Notes: generated from the letters alone by a model not told the origin. Shown: positions 24,930 through 36,717, counted from the stretch's first letter. The stretch: DNA of 64,000 nt from an uncultured Hormoscilla sp. (GCA_963921275.4 OZ001293.3:448001-512000); one strand, 5' to 3'. Translations and numbers: made by a program.

Positions 24930-26175
24930 GTTGTCGGCGTAATTCACCATCAAATGGGCCCTTTGCAGATTTATCCCTTCCCCCGCTGCATCCGTAGCAA
25001 TCAAAACATCAACTGTAACATCTTGCTTAAAAATATCCTCCGCCTTCTTGCGCATCTCCCGACTCATGGTACCATGAATTGTTGTCACAACTGACGGACG
25101 TCCCAAAGTTAAACTCTTCCCTCACGTACTCAGTGACTCGTTTGTAGAAAATTGATTCTAGATCGGAGAGGGCATACTGGACCGTATGGGCGCGACGTTC
25201 GGGAAAAAGGGGTAACCCATCAAACTTAAGTAAATCTTCCTTCACCAGGCGACGGATCATGTCTAAATTATCGCAGAAATGCACCCCATCCCGAAAACGC
25301 CCTTCAAAGCGATCGCCGTCCAGGAGGGCCAGGAAAAGTTGAAAATCCTCTTCCTTGCCATTGTGGGGAGTTGCAGTCATCAACAGGAAATGACGAGTGA
25401 GAGTAGCCAGTTGCTTCCCCAGTTTATAGCGCTTAGTTTCCTTGATTTGATTACCATAAAACGAGGCAGACATCTTGTGGGCTTCATCCACAACCACCAG
25501 ATCCCAATCTGTTTGGTCAAGTTTAGCTTGGCAGATATCACTGCGACTTAACTGATCCAGTCGGGCAATGACCAGGGACATTTCCGCCAAAGCATTTCCC
25601 GTCCGTGCTGCTTCCAGGCGATCGTTCGTTAAAATCTCAAAGGGTAGATGAAACTTCTAAGATAACTCATCTTGCCACTGCACCGCCAAGCTACCAGGAC
25701 AAACGATCAAGCAGCGTTGCTGATCTCTTCGGATCAGCAACTCGCGGATAAATAGCCCGGCCATGATCGTTTTCCCGGCACCTGGGTCATCTGCCAGCAG
25801 AAAGCGGAGGGGCTGACGGGTCAGCATTTCCTCGTAAACTGCGGTAATTTGGTGAGAGAGGGGTTCCACGAGGGATGTATGGACGGCCAGCAGCGGGTCG
25901 AAGAGGTGGGCCAAGCGAATGCGGTGGGCTTCCATTACCAGTCGTAACAAAGCCCCATCACCGTCAAAACTCCAAGGTCGTCCGACTACTACTACTTCCA
26001 GATCCGGTTCGCGATCGCGATAGAGAATTTCCGTGTGGGGCTGCCCGTTCGTATCCTTATAAGTTAGCTCAACCACATCACTGCCGTGCCACTTGGCATC
26101 AATGACGGTGATATTGTGGTTTGGGAGGATACCTTTAACAGTTGCACCCTGGGTGAGGTATTCGAGTTTAGCCAT
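24930..26175 (-). pseudogene. SNF2-family helicase, fragmented
   Basis: [37 protein letters not shown]-terminus deleted. Confidence 0.88.
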
Positions 26176-26329
26176 GTTTGAGAGATTTCAGTAAACTTAC
26201 TCTGTGCAGGACTTTTTGCTTGACAATTTGTACAACACTATATCTAAATAGTATTAGATATAGGGATTCTTTGAGCAAGTGGACGAACAGACAGATGTAG
26301 TCATGATCGGGAGTGGGGTAGGTGGTACC

Positions 26330-26770
26330 TCCGGTAGAATCACAGCAATATCCTCTGGCTGCACCTGGCCCTGCTGTACTCCGAGAATAATCGCCTCGGC
26401 AGCTTGCCGCAACAGCTGCGATCGGGATATAGTTTGAATGGAATGTACGGTCCCGGCAGGCAAGTCCACGGCAGGTACAAACCCTCCACCCACTAACTTT
26501 ATACACCCAGTACTCAATTGGGGTGCCAAACCGCTGACAGGTTCCGATGCCAGGTTTTCCACTTGACAGCGCGAGGCCAGATCCTCCATATATAGGGGGT
26601 CGGCACCCAAACCCAATCGGATCCCCCCAGTCGAATTATAAGTAAAGACCCCTACCGCCCCCTGGTCAGAACCTGTTGATCGCGTAGGCGTAGCCGTGTG
26701 CGCGCAGCGCAATCCTCACGATCTCTCCCAGTCGCTGGATACTGTCGCTGGATACTTTTGAGCCGCACCC
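26330..26770 (-). pseudogene. Internal fragment of a conserved cyanobacterial protein
   Basis: GGIRLGLGADP and QVQPEDIAVI pieces in two frames, with small insertions. Confidence 0.45.
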
Positions 26771-27070
26771 ATCACTTGACGGGACAAAATGTCGATGTCT
26801 AAAGGGCAGTACTCGTACTGTACCCTTTAGACATCGAAGCCGACTCTGGGCTTTTTCCCTAAATGGCGTTGGCAGAAAAAGTCGCTGCCTGTGTTCACGC
26901 CCCTTAACGATAGAAATATTTTATCCGGGAATGACTTGCTCATTCCCGGGAGTGACTCAGTCATTCCCGGGAAAAATCACTTATTTCCAGAACTAACTAT
27001 TTATTTCCTGGAGTGACTGAGTCATTCCACCGAGTACGAGACTCATTCGGTGGCGGCAAAAGGTTACTCC

Positions 27071-27197
27071 TTGGCGGGAGTAAGCACCGCTTTGGCGGGA
27101 GTAAGCGCCGCTTTGGCGGGAGTAAGCGCCGCTTTGGCGGGAGTAAGCGCCGCTTTGGCGGGAGTAAGCGCCGCTTTGGCGGAAGTAAGCGCCTTGG
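27071..27197. repeat. 21-nt tandem array (6 units, TTGGCGGGAGTAAGCGCCGCT)
   Basis: Read directly; preceded by a degenerate ~21-nt periodic tract at 26920-27047. Confidence 0.92.
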
Positions 27198-27250
27198 CCG
27201 GGGTAAAATAGAGGTTTCGATGTTAAGATAGAGTAAGCTAGAACTAACAG

Positions 27251-28143
27251 ATGACTCAAAAAGCCGACATAGGTAGTAAACGCCTGATAGGTCTTGACCC
27301 AGATCGGTGGGTACAATGGGTGACCCAGATTCCCGGGGCCACCGCACAGGAAATAATTTCGACAGATTTCCAATGGGTAAGCAGGGCCTCAGATGTTTTA
27401 GTTCGTGCATCCAGTCCAGAAGACGGGGAATTTCTCGTCTTAAACGAACTGCAACTATACTAATACAACAAAATGCTTCGTCGGGTGCGGGCTTATACAG
27501 CACTGGCAGAAGAAAAATATTAAATACCGGTTTATCCGGTGCTGATTAACATCCTGAAACGGGGGGAAAATCCGGCCCCATACCCACATGTTACTCATTT
27601 CAATTCCGTAATATCCAGGCCCACCAAGACTATCGAGTCATTAATTTTTGGGAAGTGGATGTGGATCTAGTCTTCCAACAACCCATCCCTTCCCTACTTC
27701 CTTTCGTCCCCATTTTCAAGGATGGAAGGAAAGAAGCAACAGTCCGACAAGCATTGAAGCTGTTGCGAGAGGATGAAAAACTGAATGAGTTGGAGAATTT
27801 GCTAGCATTTTTTGCTACTTTTGTATTGGAGACAGAAATAGTACAACAAATCATGAGGTGAGATATGGCAGTATTACAAAAATTACCCTGGTATCAGCAA
27901 ATCTTGCAAGAGGGAATGAATATTGGAGAAAGTCGAGGACTCCAAATTGGAGAAAGTCTAGGACTGCTTTCTGGAATCACAATGGGATTGGAATTGAAAT
28001 TTGGTTCTTCAAAAAATGCACTGATTCCAAAAATTCGCGCTGTCAAAGATATCGAAGTGCTCTCAAGAATTATCGATGAACTGAAAACTGTCCAAACTCT
28101 TAAGGAATTGCGCCAAATTTACCAGCGGAATAACTTGATATAG
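27251..28143 (+). pseudogene. Rpn-family recombination-promoting nuclease / putative transposase
   Basis: ADIGSKRLI, FQWVSRASDVL, NELQL, LLPFVP, PWYQQILQEG; several stops. Confidence 0.85.
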
Positions 28144-28592
28144 GCGATAACCATTAAATTCCCTGTGTCAAATAGCGATCGCCCTCACTTTTCTGAGAGA
28201 AGAGGTGCGATCGCCAGTTTCCGGGATCGCCCTTTATCCTGAGAAGCGATCGTTATTATGCCACAGCCTCTATCCCCAGTACCGTCGGCCAATATCGGAA
28301 AGATTAATAAAAAATTAAAATAGTGAAAGACAAAACTTTAGATAAATTATCATTGTATATGTTAAGATAGAGTAAGCTAGGACTAACAGATGACCCAAAA
28401 AGCCGACATAGGTAGTAAACGCCTGATAGGTCTTGACCCCGAGTGGACGGGGATGTTGGTGGTGCTGGCATGGAAGAGTATTTATCCGAAGTTGTTGCAC
28501 TAGTGTAAAATTAGGGTAAGATGGGAAAATGCAAGGGGCGATCGGGCAATTTGCTTGTGGATTGCCCTTGACTACAGATAGAGTCCGAAATT

Positions 28593-29675
28593 ATGTTGCG
28601 ATCGTTTACAATCAATAATTTTCGTTGCTTTCAGCAATTAACGGTCACTCCCCTGGAACGGGTGAACTTAATTGCGGGCAAGAATAACCTTGGCAAAACC
28701 TCACTGCTAGAGGCGATTTTTATTTTCATCAACCCAACCAATCCCAAAGTGCTATTTCAGGTAAATCGCCTGCGGGGGATACCGGGTAAAGGGTCATTTG
28801 AAGCTATTGAAGCAATGAGAGGATTTTTATTCGACCAAGAGAGAAACAAAATTATTGAACTTAGCACAGCAGAGGAGAAAGACCAGACAGGTTTTCTACA
28901 GATTTTTTTAGATGAATCAGACTCGGAACATAATCCCGAGGATCCCAGTTTATTTGATGAAGATATTCCTGGTAATTTTCCAGCGAATCAATCACTAACA
29001 ACCGAAGTCAGGTCATACGATCGGTTAGTGCTAGAGTATCAAGACAAAACTGATGAAAAAAACACATCGCGCGTATATTGGCAAGCAGGATACCAGGCCC
29101 GGACTCGACGCGAAAAATTTCCTTTAGGGATATATATTACGAGTAGCACCCGCTCTCCAAAAGAAGATGCAGAGCGTTTTAGTAAGCTGGAACGAGTAGG
29201 GCGACAAGCAGAAATTTTAGAAACTCTACGCTTACTGGAACCTCGCCTACAGCGACTTAGCTTACTGGTTGTCGATGGCGAACCCATTATCCACGGTGAT
29301 ATCGGGATGAGCGAACTCGTGCCACTACCGCTAATGGGAGAAGGACTGGGACGTTTGCTTTCAATTATATTAGCGATCGCCCATGCTCAAGGTGGTACAA
29401 TTCTCATTGACGAGATTGAAAATGGTTTGCATTACTCAGTGATGACTGATGTTTGGAAGGCGATCGCCGATGCTGCACGCCGCGCGGATACGCAGATATT
29501 TGCTACCACCCACAGTCAGGAATGCATTCGCGCAGCGCACAAAGCATTTGATAGTAGCGAAACCTATGATTTCCGCTACCACAGACTCGAACTGGTCAAG
29601 AATGAAATTCAAGCAGTCACTTACGACCGGGAAACCTTGGCTACCTCTGATGAAATGGACTTGGAGATACGCTGA
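28593..29675 (+). CDS. ABC-type AAA ATPase (AAA_15/21-like)
   Basis: GKNNLGKT Walker A, MGEG signature, LIDEIENGLH, TTHS. Confidence 0.9.
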   Translation: MLRSFTINNFRCFQQLTVTPLERVNLIAGKNNLGKTSLLEAIFIFINPTNPKVLFQVNRLRGIPGKGSFEAIEAMRGFLFDQERNKIIELSTAEEKDQTGFLQIFLDESDSEHNPEDPSLFDEDIPGNFPANQSLTTEVRSYDRLVLEYQDKTDEKNTSRVYWQAGYQARTRREKFPLGIYITSSTRSPKEDAERFSKLERVGRQAEILETLRLLEPRLQRLSLLVVDGEPIIHGDIGMSELVPLPLMGEGLGRLLSIILAIAHAQGGTILIDEIENGLHYSVMTDVWKAIADAARRADTQIFATTHSQECIRAAHKAFDSSETYDFRYHRLELVKNEIQAVTYDRETLATSDEMDLEIR

Positions 29676-30286
29676 TGACTAGCAGTTCAAAACTCTCTAA
29701 ACCGAAACTACTTATTGGTGAAGGAAGAGAAGAAGTGCTATTTTTCAATGCATTGCTGACCCATTTTCACATCAGCGACGTGCAAGTCGAACAGTACGGC
29801 GGTAAACAAGCGCTTGGTAGTTATCTTAAAACCCTGAAGGTGCGATCGGGTTATCAGGAAGTTGTGTCCCTAGGGATCGCGCGGGACGCAGATGATTCTG
29901 CTCATAATGCATTCCAGAGTGTATGTGGAGCATTAAACCGTGCTGAACTAGCTGTGCCGAGTAAGTCTGGAGAACTTACTGGAAACAGTCCCCAAATCAG
30001 CGTAATAATTCTTCCAGATGATGAAAACCCCGGCATGTTGGAAGATCTTTGTCTAGAAGCAGTTCGTACCGATCCAGTTCTGCAATGTATAGATGAGTAT
30101 TTCCAGTGTGTTAATAATATAGCGGAACGACAACAACCGAAAAATATGGCAAAGGCACGGGTACATGCATGGTTGTCCTCACAGGTGGAGCCGGACAAAC
30201 GTCTGGGAGAAGCCGCGAAGGCTGGTTATTTGCCCTGGGATAGCCCTGGGTTTAATCGCCTCAAGCAATTTTTGCAAGCTCTGTGA
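29675..30286 (+). CDS. DUF3226 (TOPRIM-like) protein
   Basis: LLIGEG, GG, IARDAD, PGMLEDL; coupled to the ATPase. Confidence 0.75.
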   Translation: MTSSSKLSKPKLLIGEGREEVLFFNALLTHFHISDVQVEQYGGKQALGSYLKTLKVRSGYQEVVSLGIARDADDSAHNAFQSVCGALNRAELAVPSKSGELTGNSPQISVIILPDDENPGMLEDLCLEAVRTDPVLQCIDEYFQCVNNIAERQQPKNMAKARVHAWLSSQVEPDKRLGEAAKAGYLPWDSPGFNRLKQFLQAL

Positions 30287-30361
30287 TAATATATGGGAAC
30301 CCAGGCAATGGCCGATCGCACGTATAATCAGATCGGTTAAGTTAAGCGGAGATTGCTGAAT

Positions 30362-30592
30362 ATGTCGTCAGAAAACATTACCACAGTCATTCAAATGATG
30401 GAATCTTTACCGGAAGCTGCTCAAGCGCAACTAATAGATCATCTCCGAGAATATATCGAAAATTTGCGTGACGAGCTTGAGTGGGATAATTTATTCGAGA
30501 AAACCCAAAGTCAATTAATTAATGCTGCTCAACAAGCACGACAAGACATAGCGGCAGGAAAAGCACAACCAATGGACTATGACCAATTATGA
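30362..30592 (+). CDS. Putative antitoxin
   Basis: Small acidic ORF overlapping a toxin-like gene (ATGA). Confidence 0.6.
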   Translation: MSSENITTVIQMMESLPEAAQAQLIDHLREYIENLRDELEWDNLFEKTQSQLINAAQQARQDIAAGKAQPMDYDQL

Positions 30593-30849
30593 AATCTGCA
30601 ACCTTACCATCCTTTTGGAAAAATTACCGGTCTCTAGATTTCAAGATTCGACAACAAGCCAGAAAAGCTTATCGCTTATAAAGACAAAATCATTTTCATC
30701 CATCTTGGCGTTTTAAGTGTATCAATCGTGCCGAAAACATCTGGTCTGTTAGAATCACATTGGGTTATCGAGCGCTTGGTATTCTTGAAGATGATACTGT
30801 TACTTGGTTTGGGATTGGCAATCATGATTCTTATCAGCAATTTGTCTAA
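30589..30849 (+). pseudogene. RelE/HigB-like toxin with internal TAA (30679-30681)
   Basis: FW..Y..L...IRQQARKAYRL*...HPS..FK..WSVRITLGYRALG..WFGIGNHD. Confidence 0.75.
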
Positions 30850-30938
30850 GGATACTGCTTTATGCAAAATCTAACGCACCCGAAAATGTACCTACCATAT
30901 CCAGAGCGATGTTCAAGGAATTTTAGAAGGAGAAAAAG

Positions 30939-31167
30939 ATGAATAAAAAGCATCAAACCAAACTTGTCTATGAAGGAGAATATCTAGCTGAAGTTGACAT
31001 CTTTACGATCGCGCTGCGCGATCGAAACCCCTGAAGGATGGTCGCCCTACTTATCTTTAGAGGATGCTCAAAAGTTGGATGAAGTCCGCGAGGCACTTCG
31101 TCAAGGCGATCTGACCACAGCAACGAAATTGGCCCGTGTTTTCCATATTATTCCTGTTCCTGTTTAA
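30939..31167 (+). pseudogene. Small hypothetical protein frameshifted by a 13-bp insertion
   Basis: KLVYEGEYLAEVD...GWSPYLSLEDAQKLDEVREAL joins up when the GATCG-duplicating insert is removed. Confidence 0.6.
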
Positions 31168-31170
31168 GCC

Positions 31171-33031
31171 TTAAAACACGCTCAGATGCAAATTTCGTGC
31201 CAGTTGTTCTAACAGAAACAAACCCGCGACAGAGTTTCCTGCTGCATCGATCGGGGGACTGTAACAAGCGATCGCTCCCTCTCCTGGCACAACTGACAAT
31301 AGCGCCCCACTCACTCCTGACTTAGTGGGAAGTCCCACCTGCACTGCAAAGCTTCCAGAACTTTCATACAAACCGCAGGTAGTCATTAATGCCTTGACAA
31401 TGCGGCAGTTTTCTGCTAATACTCGATCTCCAAATGGTACTAGCAGCATGCCCAAACTGGCTAAATCCCCAACAGTTCCAGCCAGACAACATAGCTGATT
31501 ATAGGTATCTATAGTAACCGCTGCTGATGCTTGCAGATAACCAGCATCAGCTATTTCGTAGGCGATCGCGATATTGGTTTCATTCCGGAGACTGCGCACT
31601 GATTCTAATATTAACTGGTCGGGGTCGAGCTGGGAATCACTCCCCAACCCTCCAAGAGGGGAACCGGACTTGCGACTTTCACCGCTGGGGCTTGTCCTTA
31701 GGCATATCATCATCAATAATTAGGTTACCCCGTATTCCCCTTACCCTCTGTAATTTTACCCCTTATGGTCAATCCTATTGGACCGTTAATGATTTCAGCT
31801 CCGGAAGGTATGCGCTGCGCGCACGCTGCGCGATCGCGGAGGGTAGTTCAGCAAACCATTCTAGCCGCTCTTCTCTAACATTTCCCCATTCTGGCAATTT
31901 ATCGGGGCTCTGAACTTTACCCGGCTGAGACTCTAGTCCATATTCATACTTTTGGATTTCTCCTAAGTTTTGCGACGTGTTAGGGCTACTTTCACCAAAG
32001 GCTTCTTACCATATCCGTCCTACGTCTGCATATCCCAGGCATTACCCCAGGCGTTGGCTTCTTAGAACATCCTTCCTCTTCGCGGCTTGCGCTTTACATC
32101 TAACTGGTCCAAATGGGGACAGCTCACGTGAGGTTACTTCGTTCCCTAATATCATTTCTCGATGCTTGTAGGCCCCTGCTATACCCCGGGAGTTCTTTGG
32201 GTGCGATGCTGGCAATAGATGACTACCAACACTAACTACCATTTTCCCTTTTGGGCCAGCGTATAAGCCTTATTCCGCTGGTTCTATGTAACGAGGCTTT
32301 AACAGGTTCGCTTGTTCTAACCATGAGCATCTTTCCTAGCGGCGTCACTGGGTTAGGCTGCCAGCTATCCTACATTTAAGTCCTAGCGGAGCACCACGGC
32401 GATGTGACCCCGCAGCACTAAGGACCGGTAGTATCCTCGACCCCCCACACCTGGGGAGAGGGAATTTAACCCCCATGATAACCAGAGTTATCCGGCAAAT
32501 GAAACCAGACCAGACTTCACCGTCGCCAGTTTACGCCTGAACGAATCGCACCATCTAAAACTAGATGGCAATCGGCGTTTTTATTCAGTCACGCAGGTTT
32601 TCGCAGCGAGACGAACCATCTGTCCCCGGGAGTAGGGACATGAGGGCGATCGCCCCACTATTAAGCATGGGGTTGCGCGGGAAACCCTCATCTGCACGCA
32701 GTTGGGCCAGGGAATTGAAGGGGCGATCGCTCGGTAACATGCCCACGTGGTCAAATACCCTTTCTGCACCCAACTGCTCTAACAAGTATAGCAAAACAAA
32801 GGGCTTGACCGCACTCATTAACGAAAAAGACAGGGTCAGGTCTCCAGAGGTATAAATATCACCATTAACATTGCAGATATGCACGGCCAACCAGTCCGGC
32901 TGAGCTTCAGCTAGCCCCGGGATATAATCTGGTAGTTGACCCCCCGATCGGGCATGAATTTGTGCTTGCATTACCCAGGCATCAAGTTGCGACTGAGTCA
33001 GGGACTGTAGTCCAGTTGAGGGTACTTTCAT
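31171..33031 (-). pseudogene. glsA: Glutaminase, split by group II intron copy 1 plus a frameshift at ~32585
   Basis: YIPGLA, LMSAVKPF, PRNPMLNSGAI, TCGLYE, GLPTKSGVSG, GNSVAG. Confidence 0.88.
31617..32551 (-). mobile_element. ORF-less group II intron, copy 1
   Basis: 5' GTGCG; D5-like AAGCCCCAGCGGTGAAAGTCGCAAGTCCGGTTC; D6 ending CGACCCCGAC(C); upstream exon TAGATG matches EBS1. Confidence 0.92.
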
Positions 33032-33036
33032 CTTTA

Positions 33037-34155
33037 CTAATTTATCCCAACAATTTCTGGTAAGCCAGCAAATGCTTCGCCAACCGTTACATAGGGCTTA
33101 AGCTGAAACAGTTCTAACTCAGAACCATGAGTAGGCAGCGGTAAATGAATCATTCCCAGATCCTGGCGGCAACCGAGAAAGAACAAGCGACGCCGTAACT
33201 GGGGAGCCCCGAAATCCGCAGCCAGCAGTACACCCACCGATACATTATAGCCTAAATCCCCCATTTGATGCAAAATCTGTTGATAGAGGCTGCCGCCGCC
33301 CATCCCCTTCAGATTAGATACATTCTCCATCACAAAGAAGGGCGGATTTAACTGCTCTACAAACCGCAAAAACTCAAAGATCATTCTCCCTCGACAATCT
33401 TGTAAACCTCTCTGCTTGCCCGCCTGACTAAAAGCTTGGCAGGGCGGCCCTCCAAATACCAGATCGGGCCCTGCAACTGTACCAGATTTTTCCTGCCATA
33501 GACTTAATGGATCTTCTACAGCGGCAATGTCTTGTTCGAGAACGCAGACAGGAACCTGAAAAAAACCGCTTAAGGTAGCACAAGCATCTTGCCAACTATC
33601 GAGAGCAATGCGAATATCTATGCTGCCTGTATATTGGGCTCCAATATCCATTCCTCCCGCCCCACTGAACAAACTGAAAGCTTTCAGAGTCCGCCATCCC
33701 AAGGCCCGTGCAGCCTTAACCACCTGCTCGAACACGGCCTTGGCTAGAGGCACGGGTACGGCATTACCTACCTGAAGCTGCGTACTTGTTAGCGTCCCCG
33801 CAAATTTAACCTCATCGGGGAAGCCTTGTAAACGAGCTGCCTCTCGCACTGTAATGAAGCGGTTTTCGTAGGGGTGGACAAATTTATTGAAGATATAGCC
33901 CGTCACAGTCAAGGAGGGTCGATCGGGACCGACCCGAATCATTCTCAGGTTTGGTCCTCCCTTCCGGGTTGAGTCATGCTTAACGTAGAATTTAAAGCTC
34001 TCGTGCCAAAGCTCTTCGGGCAAATCCTGCATTTTTTGCCCGATTTTTAGAGCATCGATCCGCCTTTGCACATTGGCTCCCACGCGGCGAGCCACGTGAT
34101 TTGCCACAATTTGGCACGGAGTATTAGAATTGGAAGTTGCGTGCAATCCATTCAT
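33037..34155 (-). CDS. Circularly permuted C5-cytosine DNA methyltransferase
   Basis: TRD and motifs IX-X (TVREAARLQGFPD, QVGNAVP) precede I (FSGAGG), IV (GPPCQ), VI (ENV), VIII (PQLRRR). Confidence 0.9.
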   Translation of the reverse strand: MNGLHATSNSNTPCQIVANHVARRVGANVQRRIDALKIGQKMQDLPEELWHESFKFYVKHDSTRKGGPNLRMIRVGPDRPSLTVTGYIFNKFVHPYENRFITVREAARLQGFPDEVKFAGTLTSTQLQVGNAVPVPLAKAVFEQVVKAARALGWRTLKAFSLFSGAGGMDIGAQYTGSIDIRIALDSWQDACATLSGFFQVPVCVLEQDIAAVEDPLSLWQEKSGTVAGPDLVFGGPPCQAFSQAGKQRGLQDCRGRMIFEFLRFVEQLNPPFFVMENVSNLKGMGGGSLYQQILHQMGDLGYNVSVGVLLAADFGAPQLRRRLFFLGCRQDLGMIHLPLPTHGSELELFQLKPYVTVGEAFAGLPEIVGIN

Positions 34156-35401
34156 CTCTTACATAGCTATGGGTGAACGTTATTATACCATCAAACAGAT
34201 TGTATAGATTTTTTTCTGGTGGTAAGTCAGCTACTTGCTGCGCTTTCCCCGTTTCGTCTAGCGTCCAGACAATATCCTGAAGATCGCGCAGGTACTCGTC
34301 ATAATGCCGCACCGCATGAATGTTGGAAAGCAGAGCGGTTTTAACTGTCATCTTACTTGGTTTAGGCTTCCCTGCCGCTGCTATCTTTAATACTTGATAA
34401 ATTCCCTTCTTAATGTCATCAGTTCTATCCATTCCCACACTAGATTTTCCATCGGAAACAGACTCTTAGCCCTTGCCACTCTTTCGACGCGGCCAATTTG
34501 AAGGTCTAGGCATGGGTTGCCCGCAAGCATTAGTCAACCAATATACTGGTTGAGGTAATATATTACTTGACCAGAGGTTTTTGTTATAGGCAGAATAAGC
34601 CATATGCCAATATTGGAAATAACGATAAAATAATTGCTCGTCTTCTCTGAGGACTCTGCCAATTTGCTGATAGGTCCAGGTGGCATAATTTTCTTTACCT
34701 TTGACCCCTAAATAAACCAGATCGTAGCCCCAAGTTCTTTCTTGTAGTTTCGGAAGCAGAATATGCAGTTCGGATGATGTCAGAAACGGATTGTTTGTAG
34801 CTGCATGTCCGCAAGCAACTAATTCGTCCTCATCTTCAATAGACTTTTGAACCTCAGCAGGAACTGCTAGGGCTAGTGTAGTAAGTGGAGCCGCTTTGAC
34901 TTCCGCAAGCAATACTATGTTTTCGGTTTCATCATGAATGATAACATCAACTGGTTCGCAACCATAATGAATAGTTAAATTGCGCGAATAAATGTTAAAC
35001 AAATGCTGGAGAAATACACAAAGCAAACGACTTGTAGTTTTGCCAATAATTCCAGATGGCAGTTTATTAGCTTGATGAAAGTAAAAGTTACCTTTAAGGA
35101 CGCATCGCGGGCAAGTGTTCGTGTAGGGGTAGAGCAAAAGAGGATACTCGTCGCCGGGACAATAAAGCCATCCATTATGAGCTAGTTTGGTATAATATTC
35201 GACAGCGACAATCAGGTCAAAGGCGGCGGCAAGTGAAAGACCAGGAGCGGTAGAAGTCTGTCTGGCATTGTCCAGAGCTTGTTCGATCGCGATTTGAGCT
35301 AAGGCTGCTTCGTGCGGATGTACTTCGAGCGCTTTTGCTTTTGCTAAAAGGTTTTCTATTCCCTCAATATTAACTGGCTCTGGCTGGTGGCTTTCATTCA
35401 T
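34124..35401 (-). pseudogene. Putative type II restriction endonuclease with in-frame TAA at 34466-34468
   Basis: PD-(D/E)xK-like EPVD...AEVK; both ORFs in the same frame; overlaps the MTase start. Confidence 0.7.
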
Positions 35402-36717
35402 TTATTTTCCTCCTTCAGGAATGCTGCTTTTCTCACTTTCAGTGACAATATCCGGGATTTCCGATGCGATCGCATCTGGAGATGGCAAAATCTGCCGATA
35501 AGGGCGATCGCCCCAGAGATAGTCACAGATCCAATGATATAGCACGGCGAGGCGGTTGCGGAAACCAGGTAGATAAAACCAGCGAACCCCTAAGCAAAGC
35601 AACCAAGGGAGAAAACCAGTCAAATTCAGTTTTCCCAACTTAGCCACCCCAGCATTACGCTTAATAATAGCCGCCCTACCAATATCTCGATCGCGTAGGC
35701 GTAGCCGTGTGCGCGCAGCGCAATCCTGAAAAGGTAAAGGATCTTCTCTCTTTAGCTGCAACAGGATGTTTTGGGCCACCGCAACTCCAAGTTGCTGCGC
35801 TGTCGGGGCAACTCCAATTAATGCTTGCCCTTCCAGTAAGCTTAGATCTTCAATAGCATAAACTTCGGGATGTTCTGGCAACTGGAGAGTAGGTTCGACA
35901 GCAGTAGGATCTCGAAAGTGAGCTTCCACCCCTGCTGTCCAGACGATAGTCGAGGCATTAATAATCGTACCATCTTCTAAATATACGGCATTGGCAGTAA
36001 CTTCCCTCACCCTGGCCTGCAAATGTATCTTCACCCCCAGTTTCCGCAGTTGCTTTTGTGCATACTCCCCCAAGCGCCTAGGCAGGTGCGGAAGTAAACG
36101 GTTTGCAGATTGCAAAATTATCACTCGCACCTGCTGCCAATCTAGATGAGGATAATCCTTCGCTAATGGACCTTTAATCAATTCCATCCAAGCACCTGCT
36201 AATTCTACACCTGCCGGACCGCCCCCACGATCGCAAAGGTAAGGAGTTGGGGGAGTTGCGCTGGATCCCGAAAAGCAACTGTCCGTTCAAAACAATGGAG
36301 AAAGTGGTTGCGTAGGGTGAGAGCTTCTGCTATAGTTGTCAATGGTAGGGTATTTTCTGCCGCACCAGGAACTCCGAGAAATTGAGATTGACTCTCTGTA
36401 GCTAGTACGAGGAAATCATAGGGAATTGTTGGCCCGTCGGTTTCCAGAACCCGATCGGTAAAATCAATCTGCTTCACTTCGGTCATGAGAAAATGAACAT
36501 TATTCTGTCGCCGTAATATCCGACGGATGGGATAGGCAATCAACTCTGGTGGCAGTTGCGCAGCCGCTACCTGATAGATTAGAGGCACGAAGCTGTGGTA
36601 GTTGTGGCGGTCAACTAGCAACACCTCGACGCCAGCACTAGCAAGCGATCGGGCGGCCACCAGACCGCCAAATCCTGCTCCGACAATTACGATGGGAGAA
36701 CCTTGGGATGCTGTCAT
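35402..36717 (-). pseudogene. Type II NADH dehydrogenase-like FAD oxidoreductase, frameshifted
   Basis: IVGAGFGG, PLIYQVA, WTAGV; frameshift in the second GxGxxG near 36220. Confidence 0.85.

Noticed and set aside
24329..24997. Long antisense ORFs such as this 222-aa frame
   Set aside because: Shadow frames of genes on the opposite strand.
31617..32551. The ~920-bp repeat as an IS or MITE
   Set aside because: No TIRs or TSDs; it has GTGCG, D5/D6 and EBS-IBS pairing.
34466..34468. Stop-codon recoding as the explanation for in-frame stops
   Set aside because: Mixed TAA/TAG stops, only in accessory genes, alongside frameshifts; core genes terminate at these codons normally.
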